A stretch of 62,347 nucleotides of DNA, the filler included, from Sphacelaria rigidula (lineage: Eukaryota): NCBI GenBank assembly GCA_964200075.2. It is 7 parts of 7 records of this genome, joined end to end, with 100 filler letters (N's around TTAATTAATTAA, not from the genome) between each part and the next. Parts side by side here need not be neighbours in the genome. Positions count along the whole stretch, not along the records: positions 53,528 to 62,347 come from CAXNAA020010027.1; 6 more parts are not named here. One strand, given 5' to 3'. The first letter of the stretch is position 1, and the number at the start of each line of letters is the position of its first letter. The translations under genes were made by a program, and so were the position numbers. Under the pieces are notes generated by a model that ran no database searches, was not told where the DNA came from, and saw only the letters and a list, made by a program, of their open reading frames with translations. This document shows, one piece after another, positions 59,901 through 62,347 of this stretch.

Positions 59901-62347
59901 CTCACGAGTCATGATAGATGGAAGAGGAAAAGTAAATTATCAAGCTGTCGGCGGCCTTCACGGATAGTTTTTAATAGTTGCGCTCGCTGGTGTCGAGGAA
60001 TGGAAAGAAAAACGGGGTGTCTGTGTCGACGGATGGATGAATTCAACGCGCCCCACGGGAATTGCGGAGGATTTCAATGAATATGGTCACGCCTTGGCTG
60101 CACCCACCGATGTGCCGATACATGCACCTCGAGCGTGATCATCTTGACAACTAAGTACGGGTTGGATGCAGGGTACGGGTACTTGTCTTGATCCTGTCAG
60201 TTTCAAGGCACAATATCGGCGAGGCAAGCAGTGAGTCGCTCTCAGGCCACCGGAAATAAGCCAGACGCGAAACAGCGCCTGCCTGTCGACCATTCTCCGC
60301 GCTCGGAAAGACAGGCGCAAATCAGTACAAAACCATCGAGCGGAGTTCCAGTCGCAATTTGCAGATAATAACGTTATAAGAAGGCACCGAGTCAAGCGTG
60401 ACCGGTTTTGCACAAGATGCAGGGCACGTCGTGCCCGGCTCCCAAAGCTAGCTGTGGGTACCCACACTTGAAAATCACCAAGGGAAAGAACCCTTCACAC
60501 ACACCTTCCTCCTCGAACATTGAACGAAGCTTCGCCCGAAGGCGCCTTCAAAATGTCGCGCCCGCATGGGCATGTTCGCCCTTGGTGAGTGTTGCCCGAA
60601 AAATCTCAGACTCAGGCCGAACGTTACGTTACCTAAAACACGACACAAAGCAAGGAAATAATAATAATAATGATGATACTCAACGACGCTGCAACAGAGT
60701 AGCATCCATGCACGGAAGGGGGAACGAGTGCCCCTGAAAAATTTCGCAAGACTTTTCTATGAACCCACCCCCCTAAACAGGAAAGTTTGCCCATGATGCT
60801 GCAGGGAGAGAGAAAACAAAAGTCACGTTTACTCCGTGGGAAGATTCTGCAGTCAGTTCCTAATGCAGGAGCAGCCTTTAAACTGTTTGCTAGTTCTTCT
60901 TTTGCCCCTCTTCTGTCGCCGCCGGCTTGCTCCCGTTGTCACTGTAGAATAACCCGACCAACCAATCAGAGCCATTTACTACTGCCGTGTTCCAGGACTT
61001 CCGCACATCGGTCACCAGTTGGTGTTCTGATGGTTGAGACGGAACATTGCTGTATGGTGGAACGGCTCCCCCGGCTTTACCCTTGATCGCTCCTTGTGAC
61101 CCTGCACTGCCGCCAACAGCTTGCACTAGCGGGCGAAGGTACTGCTTTGGACACAAGAGAGAAGGGAAGGGAACGAGGAGATAACAACGTGGGGTGATGG
61201 GGGAGAATGGGGTGTGGACATCTGCATGCCTTTGTCATGTGGCCAACAAAATTGTTTTAACCCGAACTTTTAAGCGCTTCTTACGCCCTGCAATTGCTCG
61301 TCCGTGTCTCAACGAAACATCAACACTACTGTAGACGATACGTCTTCGCCTCCCGCAACATTGCGGGTCCAACACAACAGACGTTTGGGGGCCTTGGAGA
61401 CGCAATCCTTGAACACTCTCGAAACAATCGACAATCCTCGCATCTTCCAACAGCAGACAGTACCTTACGTATGATGCGTATGGCCGGATACACTGGGGGA
61501 GTGCCATGTTCGTGCTATCCCAGGCCATGTGATGGCCAAGTCGACGAAATACATGAAGTCCAGAGCAAAAAGGCGCGACACATTTCTTGTTTCTCAACGG
61601 TGGATCACTTTTGGGGTTGCCATGTGCGCACAGCCTGCTCAATGTTTACTGCCACTATACATGCGCAATGCTGCCGCGCCCAACTCATATAACGGCATAA
61701 CTCCATCATAAGATCGGGTAAACACAAACTGGAATTCCGGCAGCATTTGATGAATCTTGAATCTTCTTTGCAAATAATCTTATTTCCGCCTATGAGAACG
61801 TGAGATTGTATGTTAGAAGCAAAAAAAGATAGTGTATTGGCGACAGTCTAAGCGGTGCGGGAGTGTAATCCAATCTGCTATACCAAATGCAAGGCGTGTA
61901 CCGGGGAATACATGAGTTGATCCCCGGAGACCACAGGCTCGCCTCGAGGGAGAGTAAAAGCGTGAAGAAAAAATTCTGGTCGAGCGATGAAATGAGCATG
62001 TACAGCTGCACATGCATTCCAATATAGGTACGAGCTGGGCCAACTTAAAACCTGCTAAAACTTGCTCACACCACAGCTTCCCCAGTTTCCCGAATGAGCC
62101 CCATGTAAGCATATCACTGTCAAGTGTAGATCAACCTGGTGACACACCGCACCCCCGCTGAATGAAAAAAAAATGAAAAAAAATGTACTGCATAATGCAT
62201 GACCTTAACGACGAACGAAAAAAAAGAGAGAAACTGTCGGGATTCTAACTCATGACCTTCATAATTGGAGTCTCCCATCACTTGATTTATAGGGGTGCAG
62301 CAGCGTCACGAAAAATGTTAAACGCACGGCCCAATTTGACGATTCTT

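Noticed and set aside
57445..62347. Short six-frame ORFs and possible exons (e.g. ~61334-61468)
   Set aside because: No recognisable motifs; consistent with chance ORFs in intronic or intergenic DNA.

Overview
Repeat-rich eukaryotic nuclear DNA, most consistent with a brown alga or related stramenopile. That call is an inference from GT-AG introns, a heterokont-type bipartite plastid presequence, GCPWD-type ankyrin-like repeats and TTAGGG-like tracts. The window is not one locus. It is seven unrelated, size-sorted scaffolds (8822, 8822, 8822, 8821, 8820, 8820, 8820 bp) joined by an artificial 100-bp spacer (44 N + TTAATTAATTAA + 44 N), so neighbourhood across spacers has no meaning. Recognisable coding content: a two-exon F-box-like/ankyrin-like repeat gene, one tyrosinase (CuA) exon, a RAD54-family C-terminal exon, a probable head-to-head gene pair, a decayed Ty3/gypsy gag-pol, and a second Gag fragment. 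The rest is mostly non-autonomous mobile DNA: a tRNA-derived SINE family, Harbinger-like and piggyBac-like MITEs, TIR elements with 4-bp and 8-bp target-site duplications (both supported by empty sites inside the window), long fold-backs, a twice-invaded ~280-bp tandem array, and a dispersed family with an invariant 26-nt core next to telomere-like repeats. No CRISPR array, rRNA or intact tRNA gene is supported. I cannot show a new enzymatic system here; the best novelty candidates are the unclassified mobile-element families.
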